A stretch of DNA of 64,000 nucleotides from the NCBI GenBank assembly GCA_963662665.2, contig CAXXJS010000061.1, positions 32,001 to 96,000 of the forward strand. The letters are read 5' to 3'. Below are positions 30,124 through 40,933 of this stretch, piece by piece; position 1 is the stretch's first letter, and every line of letters begins with the position of its first letter. Both the position numbers and the translations under genes were made by a program. Below the pieces are notes generated by a model, which ran no database searches, was not told the origin of the DNA, and saw only the letters and a list, made by a program, of their open reading frames with translations. This DNA comes from Candidatus Latescibacterota bacterium. GTDB taxonomy: Bacteria > Latescibacterota > UBA2968 > GCA-2709665.

Positions 30124-31332
30124 ATGAGCCATGAATTCAGCGTTCGTGCAGTCAATTGTGATCACCGGGCCTCCGACGAGGCGGTCTACGAGAACCTGGT
30201 ACGGGCCACCGCCCCGCTTGAGCGTTCCTGGGAGAAGCTGGAGAAGGCAGGCCGCATCGCGCTCAAGTTCAACATGGGGCATACGAATGTGATGCATTTC
30301 AAGGGCCGCCGCCGGGAGCTTGTCGACGACGCCGTCTGCCGGGCCGTCCTTCGGCTCCTGCGCGAGCGGACCTCTGCGGATCTTGTCGCCGCAGACACGT
30401 TCTGCCGGGACGCGTCCGGGGCCGTGACGGACTACTTCAACTATCTTCCGCTGCTGGAGGAATTCGGCGTCGAGCACGTGGAATCCAATTTCCCGCCGTT
30501 CGCCGAGTATGACGTGCCCGGCGGTGGCAGCATGTTTCAACGCTACACGCTCAGCCGGTGCTTCAGCGAAGCGGATGAGGTCATTTCCGTCGCCAAGATG
30601 AAGAACCACCTGTTTATGGGTGTCACGCTTTGCACGAAGAACCTGTTCGGGCTCACGCCCACGATCCCGCCTGAGGGACGCGTGCGGACGTACTTCCATC
30701 ACGCAATCCGGCTGTCCTACGTGCTCCCGGATCTGGCGCGCATTACCAACCCGTGTCTCAATATCGTGGACGCCACGACCGGTCAATGGGGCCGTGAATG
30801 GGACGGTGAGGGCCGCGTGTGCGACACCCTGATCGCGGGCGATCAGATCATCGCCACCGATGCCGTCAGCGCGAGCCTGATGGGGCACGATCCAGCGTCC
30901 GATTGGCCGACGCCGCCATTCCGCCGCGACCGCAACCATCTGCTCGTGGCCGCGCAGAGCGGATTCGGGACGGTCGATCTGGACGAAATTGACTTCGAGA
31001 GTGAGGTTGAGGGTCCCTTGAACGAATTCGACTCTGAAGAGGAAGATCCGCCTGCGATCATGGCCACCGTAAGAGAAACGGCCTGCGAGCAGGGACTGTT
31101 CTATCGCGATCGTATGCAATCGATGATCGAGAAACACGGAGGAAACTTCGTCTATCTGCAGGATGGCGAGGTCAAATGGAGCGGCGAGAACCCGGCGCAC
31201 ATCAGGAGCCACCGCGAGTTTACCGGCAAGAAGCCGGGTAGCGCGTTGTTTCTCAAGAAGGTCGATCCCGAGGAACGCGAAGGCGAGCGCTTTGAGGCTT
31301 ATGAGGATTGCCTTAGACGAATGCGCGCCTGA
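30124..31332 (+). CDS. DUF362 domain protein
   Basis: LKFN; ISVAKMKNH...VTLCTKNLFG; IVDA; LIAG....ATD. Confidence 0.85.
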   Translation: MSHEFSVRAVNCDHRASDEAVYENLVRATAPLERSWEKLEKAGRIALKFNMGHTNVMHFKGRRRELVDDAVCRAVLRLLRERTSADLVAADTFCRDASGAVTDYFNYLPLLEEFGVEHVESNFPPFAEYDVPGGGSMFQRYTLSRCFSEADEVISVAKMKNHLFMGVTLCTKNLFGLTPTIPPEGRVRTYFHHAIRLSYVLPDLARITNPCLNIVDATTGQWGREWDGEGRVCDTLIAGDQIIATDAVSASLMGHDPASDWPTPPFRRDRNHLLVAAQSGFGTVDLDEIDFESEVEGPLNEFDSEEEDPPAIMATVRETACEQGLFYRDRMQSMIEKHGGNFVYLQDGEVKWSGENPAHIRSHREFTGKKPGSALFLKKVDPEEREGERFEAYEDCLRRMRA

Positions 31333-31387
31333 GGCAGCCGCGGCCAGACGCAACGCGTCAACCGCGGAAGACTCTAGGGCACTCGAA

Positions 31388-32290
31388 ATGATCGGCTCTG
31401 AAAGCCAACCTATTATCGTACTTGGTGTGGAGCGTAGCGGGACATCTGTTGTTGCTGAGATGGTGCACGCATGGGGAGCGTACGCTGGCCCTTCCGAACA
31501 GTTGCACGCAGCTGATGCGCACGCACCCAGAGGATATTGGGAATATCTGCCGTTGTGGGATTTTCTGGCCGAGTTAGGGGATTTTGCTTCCGGAGCGACG
31601 TGGTGGGACGCTGAATTCCAGCAGCGAATGGAAGACAGAGCCTCTGAACCGGGTTACAGAATTAAAGCCGCTGAACTGATGTCAGAAATGGACGAGGGTG
31701 GTAAGTGGTTCTGGAAGGATCCTGCGCTCTGCCATTATTTGCCGTTTTTTAAGCAAATTTGGGGAGAGGCGATTTATCTGATCACCGTTCGCCACCCTCT
31801 CGACACAGCCGTGTCATGGCAAAAGTTCATCATGCCGCCCAATTTGAATGTCCGGATCTCGTTTGCGGCGACGAATCTGCTTCGCTGGCAGCACATGATG
31901 GCGCTGATCCTGCGCTACACCGACGACGCGGCGTACCGGCTTTTTGTTGGGTACGAAGATATCATGCGAAATCCACACCTGCAGGCCGAGAGATTGTCCA
32001 ATTTCCTGAACTCGAGGTTCGAGAATCGAGGCTCACGAATTCAGGAGATGGTTGATGCGGTTGATTCCCGACTGTGGCGGAACAATTGTAATATCTCCTT
32101 TGACCGGGCGCCAGAGGCGACAGAGCATCAGAAAGCTCTCTACGCCTTTGCAAGGCAGATGATCGACAATCCACTTCAATCGTTTGACAGTGCCAGGTAT
32201 CCGATGCCACCCGGGCATCTTGAGTTTCTGAACATTCAAGAGGCTTTGCTGAAGGCGTGTCGCGACCTTGAAACGCTTTCGAACGTGTAA
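31388..32290 (+). CDS. sulfotransferase family protein
   Basis: IIVLGVERSGTS PAPS loop; WKDP; VRHPLD.A.S. Confidence 0.88.
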   Translation: MIGSESQPIIVLGVERSGTSVVAEMVHAWGAYAGPSEQLHAADAHAPRGYWEYLPLWDFLAELGDFASGATWWDAEFQQRMEDRASEPGYRIKAAELMSEMDEGGKWFWKDPALCHYLPFFKQIWGEAIYLITVRHPLDTAVSWQKFIMPPNLNVRISFAATNLLRWQHMMALILRYTDDAAYRLFVGYEDIMRNPHLQAERLSNFLNSRFENRGSRIQEMVDAVDSRLWRNNCNISFDRAPEATEHQKALYAFARQMIDNPLQSFDSARYPMPPGHLEFLNIQEALLKACRDLETLSNV

Positions 32291-32338
32291 CTCCGTGCCC
32301 TGGGTCGGCGCATTAGATCATTCAGCTCGGAGATTGAG

Positions 32339-33580
32339 ATGAACATGCGAAGAAGCAACCAGTTGCTGTCGGCATCACTATTGTTGAGCGGGTTCACAAT
32401 CGGCGCGAACGAGATTCCACCCTTGAATACCAACGTGCAAGAGAGGGTGACCGAGGTTGCACCGGGATTGGTTCGGACGCATATTTCCGCGGACTCGACC
32501 AGCGAGGGGCTTCCCCAGAACATCCACGTGGCGCAGATAGACCTGCGGCAGTACCGATTGAAGACGGCCATGGCGATGGATCAGATCATCGGGCAGGAGG
32601 CGACAAGCGACATCGCGAGGAGATACGACGCTCTTGTCGCCGTGAATGCGGGATATTCATTTTCAAACAACGCCTGGAACATCTTTCACGGAGATCCAAG
32701 CGAGTTCTTTGTTCTGGATGGAAAAATCCTGAGCGAGCCAAGATCGCCCGGCCGCAGGAGCGTTGGAATCTGCACGAGGAACGACAGGCAGACCATAATT
32801 GTTGCGGAACCAGTGCTGAATGTAACGGTGACAATGGATGGGAAGGAAGAAAGCGATGTGACCGGGATCAATCGGAGACGAAACGAAGTCCGTGGATGGG
32901 ATAAGGTAGGAGTGGAAAAACAAGAACTCGACAAGAATGACCTCATCCTCTATACACCGGAGTGGAACCGAAGTACTCTGACCGACCGGCGAGGTGTCGA
33001 GGTGATCGTGCGGGAAGATACGGTTTCAGCGGTCCGCGTGAATGTTGGATCCAACCTAATCCCCTCAAGCGGATATATCCTGTCCGGGTCCGGCAAGTAC
33101 GCCGACTGGCTGAAGCAGCGCGCCCGTGTGGGTTCAAGGGCGGAGATCAGTTATCAGCTGACATCCCGCGAGAATCCGGAGAGCCCCCTTCCATTGGAAA
33201 ACTGTAGCTATACGAGTGCCGGAACACTGCTGATTCGAGATGGTCAGCGGTTTACCGATTACGGCAGCGAGTCCTTTGAGCCCTGGTTTTATGATCTAAG
33301 ACATCCAAGGACAGCGATAGGGATATCAAGAGACAATAACACGCTGTGGCTGATCGTAGCCGATGGGCGCCAACCCGGTCTGGCCATGGGGATGACACTT
33401 CCCGAACTCACGGATCTCCTTGTGGACCTTGGGGCGCACAATGCCTATAACCTGGACGGAGGGGGATCCAGCACGATGGTGGTCCAGGGGGAGGTAGTGA
33501 ACAGTTATTCGGATATTCACCGGGGTGGCGTACGCAAGGAACGCCGCCGATGCGATGCAATACTGGTGTTTCCACGATAG
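32339..33580 (+). CDS. phosphodiester glycosidase (NAGPA-like) family protein
   Basis: AVNAGY; HPRTAIG; ADGRQ; NLDGGGSSTM. Confidence 0.9.
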   Translation: MNMRRSNQLLSASLLLSGFTIGANEIPPLNTNVQERVTEVAPGLVRTHISADSTSEGLPQNIHVAQIDLRQYRLKTAMAMDQIIGQEATSDIARRYDALVAVNAGYSFSNNAWNIFHGDPSEFFVLDGKILSEPRSPGRRSVGICTRNDRQTIIVAEPVLNVTVTMDGKEESDVTGINRRRNEVRGWDKVGVEKQELDKNDLILYTPEWNRSTLTDRRGVEVIVREDTVSAVRVNVGSNLIPSSGYILSGSGKYADWLKQRARVGSRAEISYQLTSRENPESPLPLENCSYTSAGTLLIRDGQRFTDYGSESFEPWFYDLRHPRTAIGISRDNNTLWLIVADGRQPGLAMGMTLPELTDLLVDLGAHNAYNLDGGGSSTMVVQGEVVNSYSDIHRGGVRKERRRCDAILVFPR

Positions 33581-34081
33581 GCAAGAGGGAAGCCTGACTG
33601 TCTTACAGGTTGCATGTAAACCAGGGGCGTCCATCCCAAACTACCGACCTGCGCCAGATCCTCGGAACATCCAGGACGTTGTGTGTAATTCCAGGCAGAC
33701 ACACAAAATGAGGACGTGGCGCGTTCCGCTCCAACGCGAGAAGCCAAGTTTCAAATCTCGTCGAGGCTGACCGTTAGAAAGTCGAATTCAGTCTGGCAAT
33801 CCGTGAATAATTCGACGCGCGGGATCTCGCGAATTTCGCAGTCGCGTGGCTGGAAAAACATCTCGGTTAACCGCGGTCTAGCCGCACACAGCGGTCAACA
33901 GCGGGGGCGCCCACAGCCGCCGCCAATTTCCGCGGATTGACGGGACTGCCGATTGCTTGCAACTGGTGGAATGAGGTTCCCTAGGTACGTTATAGGCGAT
34001 GGTCCGGCTACCGTACCGCAAACTGCCAGTTTGCGGTACCGGATCAAGCACATGCGGCCCTGACCGACTCATCGTCGAATT

Positions 34082-34106
34082 GTAGGGGCGCCCCTTGTGG
34101 GCGCCC
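34082..34106 (+). repeat. GTAG-type REP
   Basis: GTAGGGGCGCCCCTTGTGGGCGCCC. Confidence 0.75.
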
Positions 34107-34221
34107 GGAAAACGACACTGACGTGAATATGTGCGTTCACATCTCGTTATAAAACAGTTATTAACAATCAATTAGTAAAGCAGAGTCAACCCAAACGAAG
34201 TACTATCAGGAGAGGTGATCA

Positions 34222-34632
34222 ATGGGTTCAAAACTGAAGAATGTCCTGGCAGTCATCGTAGGTTTTGTTGTCGGCAGTATCGCAAATATGATTCTGGTCA
34301 CGGTAGGGCCTGTTGTCATTCCACCCCCCGATGGCGTCGACGTGACCAACGTGGAATCCATCAGGTCCTCCATGCACCTTTTCGAGTTCAAGCACTTCAT
34401 CTTCCCGTTCCTTGCACATTCGCTGGGTACCCTTGTGGGCGCGTATCTGGCCGCTCTCATCGCCGCCAGTTGCAGGTTGGCAGTGGCGATGGTGGTTGGC
34501 GGACTCTTCCTGATCGGCGGCATCGTCAACGTCGTCTTGATAGGGGGGCCCGTTCTGTTCAACGTCGTGGATCTGGTTGGCGCCTACATACCGATGGCGT
34601 GGATCGGTGCGAGATTGACCCGAAGAACGTAA
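34222..34632 (+). CDS. small integral membrane protein
   Basis: Four TM segments; HFIFPFLAHSLGTLVGA; DL.GAYIPM; GAGGT RBS. Confidence 0.85.
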   Translation: MGSKLKNVLAVIVGFVVGSIANMILVTVGPVVIPPPDGVDVTNVESIRSSMHLFEFKHFIFPFLAHSLGTLVGAYLAALIAASCRLAVAMVVGGLFLIGGIVNVVLIGGPVLFNVVDLVGAYIPMAWIGARLTRRT

Positions 34633-34757
34633 CACTCTCTGCGCCTATTTAAAGGCTCGCACCAGGGGCCCGCAACCCTGGAGCCTCGCAGCAAAACTTC
34701 ATCGCAAAATGCGTACATGTTTCATCACGCTACTTGCATACGGTATGGTGTTGGAAA

Positions 34758-34877
34758 CCCCCCACCGCATCAGCCGTCGCCGGTTCCTTCGACAGGCTCA
34801 GGGCAGCGCCTTCGACCCTTCGACAAGCTCAGGGACCGGCTCGGCTTCTGCGACTCCCCCTCAAGGGGGGAGTAATT
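34758..34877 (+). repeat. palindromic REP-like element with tandem CTTCGACA.GCTCAGG units
   Basis: CCCCCCACCGCATCAGCCG...ACTCCCCCTCAAGGGGGGAGT; three copies in the window. Confidence 0.75.
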
Positions 34878-34987
34878 GGTCAATCAAACGGGCGGGCGCG
34901 TTCCCTGCCACCTGTTTGGTTGCGGTTGAACATCACGAAACCGCGCCAGGAGCCTAACACAGCAGATTACACAGGAGGTTGGAAACA

Positions 34988-35383
34988 ATGGCCCGTGAGA
35001 TCGTACATCCGACAAGCGTACACTCGACGGCGGGGGTGGGGTACTCTCACGTCGCGAAGGCCGGCGACACCGTGTTTATTGCCGGTCAGATCGCCCTGGA
35101 CCCCAACGGCAATCTGGTCGGGAAGGGCGATATCGAAGCGCAGACTCACCAGGTCTACGCGAACCTTCAGGCCATCCTGGAGGAACTCGGCGGGAGTCTT
35201 GACGATATCGTCAAGTTGACGACGTACCTGACAGATCGCAGTCATCTGGATGCCTTTCGACGAGTCCGGAACCGCTTCTTCACGGACGCTTTCCCCCCGA
35301 ACACGCTGTTGTTCGTCAGCGGCCTTGCTCATCCGGATTACCTGGTGGAGATCGAAGCCGTCGCTTACCTTCCTGGCAGTTAA
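34988..35383 (+). CDS. RidA/YjgF/UK114 family protein
   Basis: YSH...GDTVFIAGQ; DIVKLTTY; PP.T...V.GL....LVEIEA.A. Confidence 0.93.
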   Translation: MAREIVHPTSVHSTAGVGYSHVAKAGDTVFIAGQIALDPNGNLVGKGDIEAQTHQVYANLQAILEELGGSLDDIVKLTTYLTDRSHLDAFRRVRNRFFTDAFPPNTLLFVSGLAHPDYLVEIEAVAYLPGS

Positions 35384-35404
35384 AACCATTGATGGATAAG
35401 TGAT

Positions 35405-36349
35405 ATGGGCGTGACATCGATTGCATCCTGGAAAGGCGAAGACCTGTCGCAGGTGATGGATCTCTGGCAGCGGGTGTTCGCAGACCGGAAATACGATTTT
35501 CGGATGGATGAAGCTGGGTTCCGGCAGCGGGTCCTTGAACATCCGGATTTCAACCCGCAGGGGGCGTTCACAGCGAACGTGGAAGGCAGGGTTGTGGGGT
35601 TCGTCCTGGCGGTGGCCCCCAAGTCGGGACAGTCGGGCTACCTGAGCGTGTTGATGGTGGATTCGGACTATCGGTGTCAAGGCGTTGGGGGCAGGCTCCT
35701 GGATGCCGCGGACGGATTTCTTGCAGGACGCGGATGTCGGGAGGTGCGGATCGGATACAAGGGAAATCCGATCACATTTGCGACCGGCGTCGATATGAAG
35801 ACGCCGGCCTATACGTTCTTCCTGAATCAGGGATTCCGAAACCGCGGGTCGGTGAGTCTATTTATGGAAACGACGTTTGCCGAGTTCGAACTTCGGGAAG
35901 ATATTGAGGATTATATCGAAGACAACCGATCTCGAGGCATTCTGTTCGGGATGTGCGACGCCGGGCACCGGGAAGCGCTGTGTGCGTTCATGGAGGCGTT
36001 GTTCCCGGGCGGCTGGGAGGCTTCTGTAAAGTCATGTCTGGACGCCAATCCCCCGTATCCCGTGTTGGTTGCGACCGACGGCCCGGCGGTGGTGGGTTTT
36101 GCCGGTCCGGTCCACGTGGGAAGGGATGGAAGCGGCGGTTTTACGGGCATCGGAACGCATCCGGACTACCGGAGGGGCAAGATCGGTACGGTGCTGTTCA
36201 ATCTGATGTGTGCGGAGTTCAAGAAACGGGGTGTGGTACGCAATACGCTCCATACGGGACTGAATAACCCGGCTCAGGAGATCTATTTCGGCGCCGGGTA
36301 CCGGGTGCGCCAACTGGTGGATTATGGCCTGGTGAAGCGGTTGGGGTAA
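35405..36349 (+). CDS. tandem GNAT acetyltransferase
   Basis: VDSDYRCQGVGGRLL and THPDYRRGKIGTVL motif A. Confidence 0.88.
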   Translation: MGVTSIASWKGEDLSQVMDLWQRVFADRKYDFRMDEAGFRQRVLEHPDFNPQGAFTANVEGRVVGFVLAVAPKSGQSGYLSVLMVDSDYRCQGVGGRLLDAADGFLAGRGCREVRIGYKGNPITFATGVDMKTPAYTFFLNQGFRNRGSVSLFMETTFAEFELREDIEDYIEDNRSRGILFGMCDAGHREALCAFMEALFPGGWEASVKSCLDANPPYPVLVATDGPAVVGFAGPVHVGRDGSGGFTGIGTHPDYRRGKIGTVLFNLMCAEFKKRGVVRNTLHTGLNNPAQEIYFGAGYRVRQLVDYGLVKRLG

Positions 36350-36404
36350 TACGGTTTCACATAGGCTTGTTGCATTGGTTGAGACATTGGTGGATGGAGG
36401 CGTT

Positions 36405-37607
36405 ATGGATTCAGCGCCACGGCGGAGGCTGTCTGGCATAGTAACCTTCTGCCTTGTCAGCCTTTCTGTTGTTGCGGCAGTTGCGGTCGTTTCTCTGGAG
36501 AAGCCCGCCGCAGAGCAGGTTGAGAATGCGAGAATGGAATCCGAAGGGAAGAACGGGCATATGAGCAAGGTTCTGGACATCCGGAGGACGGAAGTCTGGA
36601 CGCGTATCATCAGCGCGTTTCACGACATGCTTCGGGCGCCGGGGCAAACGGAATGGTCGCCCGTGCGGCTTCAGGGCGTGCTGGGCAACGCCTTCAGCTT
36701 TGAAATGAGGAAGGGCGGAGGGGACGTCTGGCAGGAGGGCAATCTGGACTGGTGGCTGGTCTTCGAGACCCGGCCGGAAGAGGGCCTGGGCTGCCGGATC
36801 CAGCGCTTTCAGGCGCGCCAGGGGGATACGGACCACGCCGAAAGCCGCAAGATCAAGGCTGCCGCCTGGGACGCCGTTCGGACAAGCATCGACCGCGGGA
36901 TACCGGCGGCAGCGTGGGCTCCCATGTCTCCCGGAGAGGATTCCGCCCGCGATTGGGGACTCCTGGTGGGTTACGACGAGGCGGACAAGACCTACGTTGT
37001 TCGGCGTCGCGGCGGGGAGTTTGGGGTTCGCTACGACGCGATCGGAGACGTCGACCCTCCCGGACTGTTCTGTGTCCTCGTCTACGGTGGCTCGGAGCAG
37101 GGCGATGTGCCAAGTACCCATATCAAGGCGCTGAGGAACGCAATCGCTTTTGCGAACGGGACGCGATACGATGCGGACAAGGCCCCCATCAAGGTGGACG
37201 CACGCGGGTTCGCGGCATTCGAACTCTGGCGGGACGTCATGGACTCGGGTGCGCGCCCCGACCCCGGTCAGCGGCATCCGAGGAGTCAAGGAATCGTAAA
37301 GGATACCCGCAGTCACGCGGGGGTACTGGCGTCGCTACGGCGCTACGCCGCAGCCTATCTGCGGGAACTCACCATGGTTTTCCCCGTGGCCGCCACCGAA
37401 CTCCGGTCGGCAGCCGGTCACTACATTCGCGTCTCCAAAGCGGCCGGCAAGCTCCATGCGATCTGCGAGCGCGCCGGTGATGTTGACATTCTTGCCGATG
37501 GGGCTCGCGCCGAAGCGAGCAGGCTCATCTCGACCGTGCTCCAGGCGGAAAGAGACGCGATTGACGGTGTAAAAGCGGCGCTCGTCCTCATTGAAGCGAC
37601 CGAGTAG
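36405..37607 (+). CDS. hypothetical membrane-anchored protein (BtrH/peptidase-C39-like domain possible)
   Basis: N-terminal TM helix; SIDRGIPA; WGLLVGYD. Confidence 0.6.
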   Translation: MDSAPRRRLSGIVTFCLVSLSVVAAVAVVSLEKPAAEQVENARMESEGKNGHMSKVLDIRRTEVWTRIISAFHDMLRAPGQTEWSPVRLQGVLGNAFSFEMRKGGGDVWQEGNLDWWLVFETRPEEGLGCRIQRFQARQGDTDHAESRKIKAAAWDAVRTSIDRGIPAAAWAPMSPGEDSARDWGLLVGYDEADKTYVVRRRGGEFGVRYDAIGDVDPPGLFCVLVYGGSEQGDVPSTHIKALRNAIAFANGTRYDADKAPIKVDARGFAAFELWRDVMDSGARPDPGQRHPRSQGIVKDTRSHAGVLASLRRYAAAYLRELTMVFPVAATELRSAAGHYIRVSKAAGKLHAICERAGDVDILADGARAEASRLISTVLQAERDAIDGVKAALVLIEATE

Positions 37608-37850
37608 ATTCAGTCGCGCAGATAGTGCTGGCAATTCCAGGATGCACGTGCAGGCAACATGACAGCGCAGAGGAAACGCAGCGTATATAGATAACGCCTA
37701 TAGTTGAAACCACTGCTGTCCCGGAATGAAGCCGTTTTTGGACAGGCGTGAGTTGAAGCAAAGACTTGGGTTGGAAAGATTGCGGAAAGATCGCTGCGAG
37801 TGTACCAGGTGATGACCGACTTCCGGAAACCACGTGTACGCCATTACTGA

Positions 37851-37879
37851 TTGCAACTGTATTGAATAATGGCTATCTT
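37851..37879 (+). promoter_or_regulatory. putative sigma70 promoter of hicBA
   Basis: TTGCAA-17bp-TATCTT within a CCATTA...TAATGG inverted repeat. Confidence 0.5.
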
Positions 37880-37933
37880 TGATACGCTGGAAAGCATCAT
37901 TGCACGGAATAGCCGATTATCGGGGGCGGGGCG

Positions 37934-38155
37934 ATGAGCAATATCAAATTCAGGGTACTCATCGAACAGGATGAAGACGGCATCTTTGTGGCCGAGGTTC
38001 CCGCTCTGCCGGGTTGCATTTCGCAGGGGTCTACTCGAAAGGAAGCCCTGGTAAATGCCCAGGAAGCGATGGAGCTCTATATTGAGAGCCTGGAAGCCCA
38101 CGGGGACCCTATTCCTCCCGCGATTACGGAAGAAATCATCGAGATTGAAATTTGA
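37934..38155 (+). CDS. hicB: short HicB-family antitoxin
   Basis: IEQDEDG.FVAEVPALPGCISQG.T..EA..N..EA..LY. Confidence 0.92.
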   Translation: MSNIKFRVLIEQDEDGIFVAEVPALPGCISQGSTRKEALVNAQEAMELYIESLEAHGDPIPPAITEEIIEIEI

Positions 38156-38376
38156 GCCCGCTTCCGGTTGTCTCCGGTCGCGATGTTGTCAGTGCATTGG
38201 GAAAGATCGGCTACGAGGCCGATCGTCAACGTGGAAGCCACATCGTATTGCGACTGAATCGAAAACCGTTTCGCCGAATCGTAGTCCCCAACCACAGGCA
38301 GGTAGCCAAAGGAACTCTGCGAGCGATCATCCGTGAGTCAGGATTGACCGTGGAAGAATTTCGAGCCCTGACGTGA
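38152..38376 (+). CDS. hicA: HicA-family toxin
   Basis: LPVVSG..V..AL.K.GY...RQRGSH; VP.H....GTL..I. Confidence 0.92.
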   Translation: MSPLPVVSGRDVVSALGKIGYEADRQRGSHIVLRLNRKPFRRIVVPNHRQVAKGTLRAIIRESGLTVEEFRALT

Positions 38377-38613
38377 ACTGATTTCTAACATTGTCAATGG
38401 CAAAATTGGTACGCTTATCGTGAAAAATACACAAAACGGGGTGATGGCCGCCCCGTTATTTCTTTTAGCCATCGTTCGGATTTGTATCTCTTCCATAACA
38501 TCCACTCCTGCTAAATTGAACGGCTCAGGGAAGGCGTCACGACCGAGCCCGGGGTTTGCATAGCGGCGTAACGTCAGTAACCAATAGTGGTGCTGATTGA
38601 GGAATAAGGAACG

Positions 38614-39294
38614 ATGGGTACGGCTTCTGACGACCACGGATGGGGAAATGAAGTCAAACCGCGTTCCGGTCACAGCGGCCGCTTCGGTATCGACAAGATA
38701 CTTAAGGAAGTCCGGCGAGGCGATTTGAATACTGTAAAGCGACACCTTAAACGTGACCCGACCCTGTTGCAGGCCAAAAGTGGCGGGCACAACCGGACGT
38801 TTCTATGGGAAGCAACGCGCGGCAATCGGGTAAATGTCGTGCGGTTTTTGTTGCGGGCGGGAGCCGATCCCAATACCCCCGGGCGGACCCGCGCGGAGAT
38901 ACCGGTGCTACTTAAACCCTACTGCATCGCGCGGCGTTATCGAAGACCTGAAATCGCCAGGATGCTGGTCAAAGCGGGTTCGGTCATGGATATCTATTCG
39001 TCGTGTTATCTGGGGGACGCCGACCGTGTTCAGCAGTGCCTCAGGGAGGAGCCAGGTCTGTTGACCAGGGAACAGGACGACGACTCCGTCTGGCGTGTGA
39101 CCCCATTGCATTATGCGGTGACGGGAGGCCACGAGCAACTCACGCGATGGCTGATCAGGGAAGGCGCACAGGTGAAGCCGTATACACGCCTATTGTGTGA
39201 TGCGGCCGTCAGGATGAAACACGAGCACCTGATCCCCATACTGGAAAAGGGGGGCGCCGACCCGGACCTGCTCAAGAGCTGGGGCGAGATCTGA
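38614..39294 (+). CDS. ankyrin-repeat protein
   Basis: FLLRAGADPN; TPLHYAV.GGH. Confidence 0.85.
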   Translation: MGTASDDHGWGNEVKPRSGHSGRFGIDKILKEVRRGDLNTVKRHLKRDPTLLQAKSGGHNRTFLWEATRGNRVNVVRFLLRAGADPNTPGRTRAEIPVLLKPYCIARRYRRPEIARMLVKAGSVMDIYSSCYLGDADRVQQCLREEPGLLTREQDDDSVWRVTPLHYAVTGGHEQLTRWLIREGAQVKPYTRLLCDAAVRMKHEHLIPILEKGGADPDLLKSWGEI

Positions 39295-39525
39295 CCTCGT
39301 TGATTGCCCTGAGGAAAATCAACCTGAAGCAGTGTACCGCACGGCCAATTGGCAAAGCTGCCTCTATCGCGTTCCCATAGGGCCGATAGACGCAAACGGC
39401 GCGTCAACCGGTTGAGATGGACGTCAGCCACGATGATCGCCAGACACAATACCGGCTTCCGAATCGACAAGACTATGTAGATAGGCGTAAGGACCGAATC
39501 CAACGAGTGTTCTGCCGGAGGAAAA

Positions 39526-40098
39526 ATGACAACCCATCGCGAAGAATTGCGACCGTTCAAGACCCTTTCGCGACGCACAATTCTGGATCACGGACCCTAT
39601 CTGACTGTAGAGAGTCACACCGTACAATGGCCGGATGGACAGGTCGTCACCGACTGGCCATGGATACTCAGCCCGGACGCATCGATTGTTCTCGCGGTCG
39701 ACTCTGAGGGCAGATTTCTTTGCTTTCGACAGACGAAATACGCGGTCGAGGGAACGACTCTGGCGCCGGTAGCAGGTATGATTGAACCCGGTGAGGATCC
39801 ATTAGCGGCTGCAAAGCGTGAACTGCTCGAAGAGACCGGATTCGAAGCGGCGGAATGGTTCGCCCTTGGCAGCTACAGGGTCGACCCGAATCGCGGCGTC
39901 GGCGTTCGGCACGTGTTCCTGGCTCGTGGGGCACGGCAAGTAACTGAACCTTGCAGTGATGACCTTGAGGATCAACATCTTCTGTTTCTTTCCAGGCAGG
40001 AGTTGGAAGATGCGTTGGGCTCCGGGGAGTTCAAGATCCTGACGTGGGTTGCTGCGATTTCATTGGCGCTGCAATTCCTGGCTCGCACCGGCGAATAA
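39526..40098 (+). CDS. NUDIX hydrolase (ADP-ribose pyrophosphatase-like)
   Basis: AGMIEPGEDPLAAAKRELLEETG. Confidence 0.92.
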   Translation: MTTHREELRPFKTLSRRTILDHGPYLTVESHTVQWPDGQVVTDWPWILSPDASIVLAVDSEGRFLCFRQTKYAVEGTTLAPVAGMIEPGEDPLAAAKRELLEETGFEAAEWFALGSYRVDPNRGVGVRHVFLARGARQVTEPCSDDLEDQHLLFLSRQELEDALGSGEFKILTWVAAISLALQFLARTGE

Positions 40099-40199
40099 GG
40101 ACTTTAAGACAAAGCCAGCAAACCCGTCGAGGGTGTCCGTTTGGATGTTACAACTCCCAAGACGCTCGTAGTCGTATGACGAGTCCGCCTGTGCTTCGG

Positions 40200-40367
40200 T
40201 CGCAGAGCCCGTCCAAGGCAGGTGCGATAAGAGTTCTCGAGAAGCTTGGATTTGCACAGGAAGGCCGTGAGCGTGAGGCTGCATATTGGTCCAATTGCCG
40301 ATGGGATAGGCTCTTGTTCGGTTTGTTAATGACTGAATTTGAGTCCAGGCATGGATCCAGGCAATGA
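40200..40367 (+). pseudogene. C-terminal fragment of a RimJ/RimL-type GNAT
   Basis: AIRVLEKLGFAQEGREREAAY....WD..LFGLL..EF. Confidence 0.65.
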
Positions 40368-40399
40368 GTGCTATTTCACGTCGGACTGCAATCGCAAAC

Positions 40400-40485
40400 A
40401 TCCCGTTCGTTTCTCCCGTGTGGGTCGTTCGGGGCCGCATAGCAGATCCCTGACCCCTGCTTCGGGCACGCCGAGGACGTTAGCA
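40400..40485 (+). other. degenerate attC-like site (left end approximate)
   Basis: TTCGGGCACGCCGAGGAC-GTTAGCA right arm matches family A. Confidence 0.5.
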
Positions 40486-40528
40486 TAATTCAAGATTGAG
40501 AGTTGTCACCTTCAAAAGGAATGGGTCG

Positions 40529-40621
40529 TTGTCGATAGAATGTCCTGAGGATTTCGAGGGTCTTGCGCAGGCGGGCCAGGTGGTTGCCGCCACATTGAAA
40601 GCAATGGCGGGCGCCGTTCGG
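40529..40621 (+). pseudogene. N-terminal fragment of type I methionine aminopeptidase
   Basis: LSIECPEDFEGLAQAGQVVAATLKAMAGAVR; similarity then lost. Confidence 0.55.
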
Positions 40622-40933
40622 GCCTCCTCTTGTAGAAGTACGGGGTCTGGAAGAGTTCACGAACCGGTAGCCATACCGGGAAATTTAGTTGTCGGCAGAG
40701 CGAATTTTTCGATATCGCTAATCACAAGCCTTCACCGATCGGTGGGATCTTATGCCGTCAACGAGCAAGCTTGCATGAAACCCTGATTGTGAAAAGCGCT
40801 ACGCGCAAGAGGCCATCAACTTGAGGCAGCTACTCTCAGACCAATCGGATTCAACCTCGCACATCGAGTCCCGGGTGCGGCGAATCCTCGGACTCGTCGG
40901 GGACGTGTCACCACTCACGGGCGGCTGCCGGGC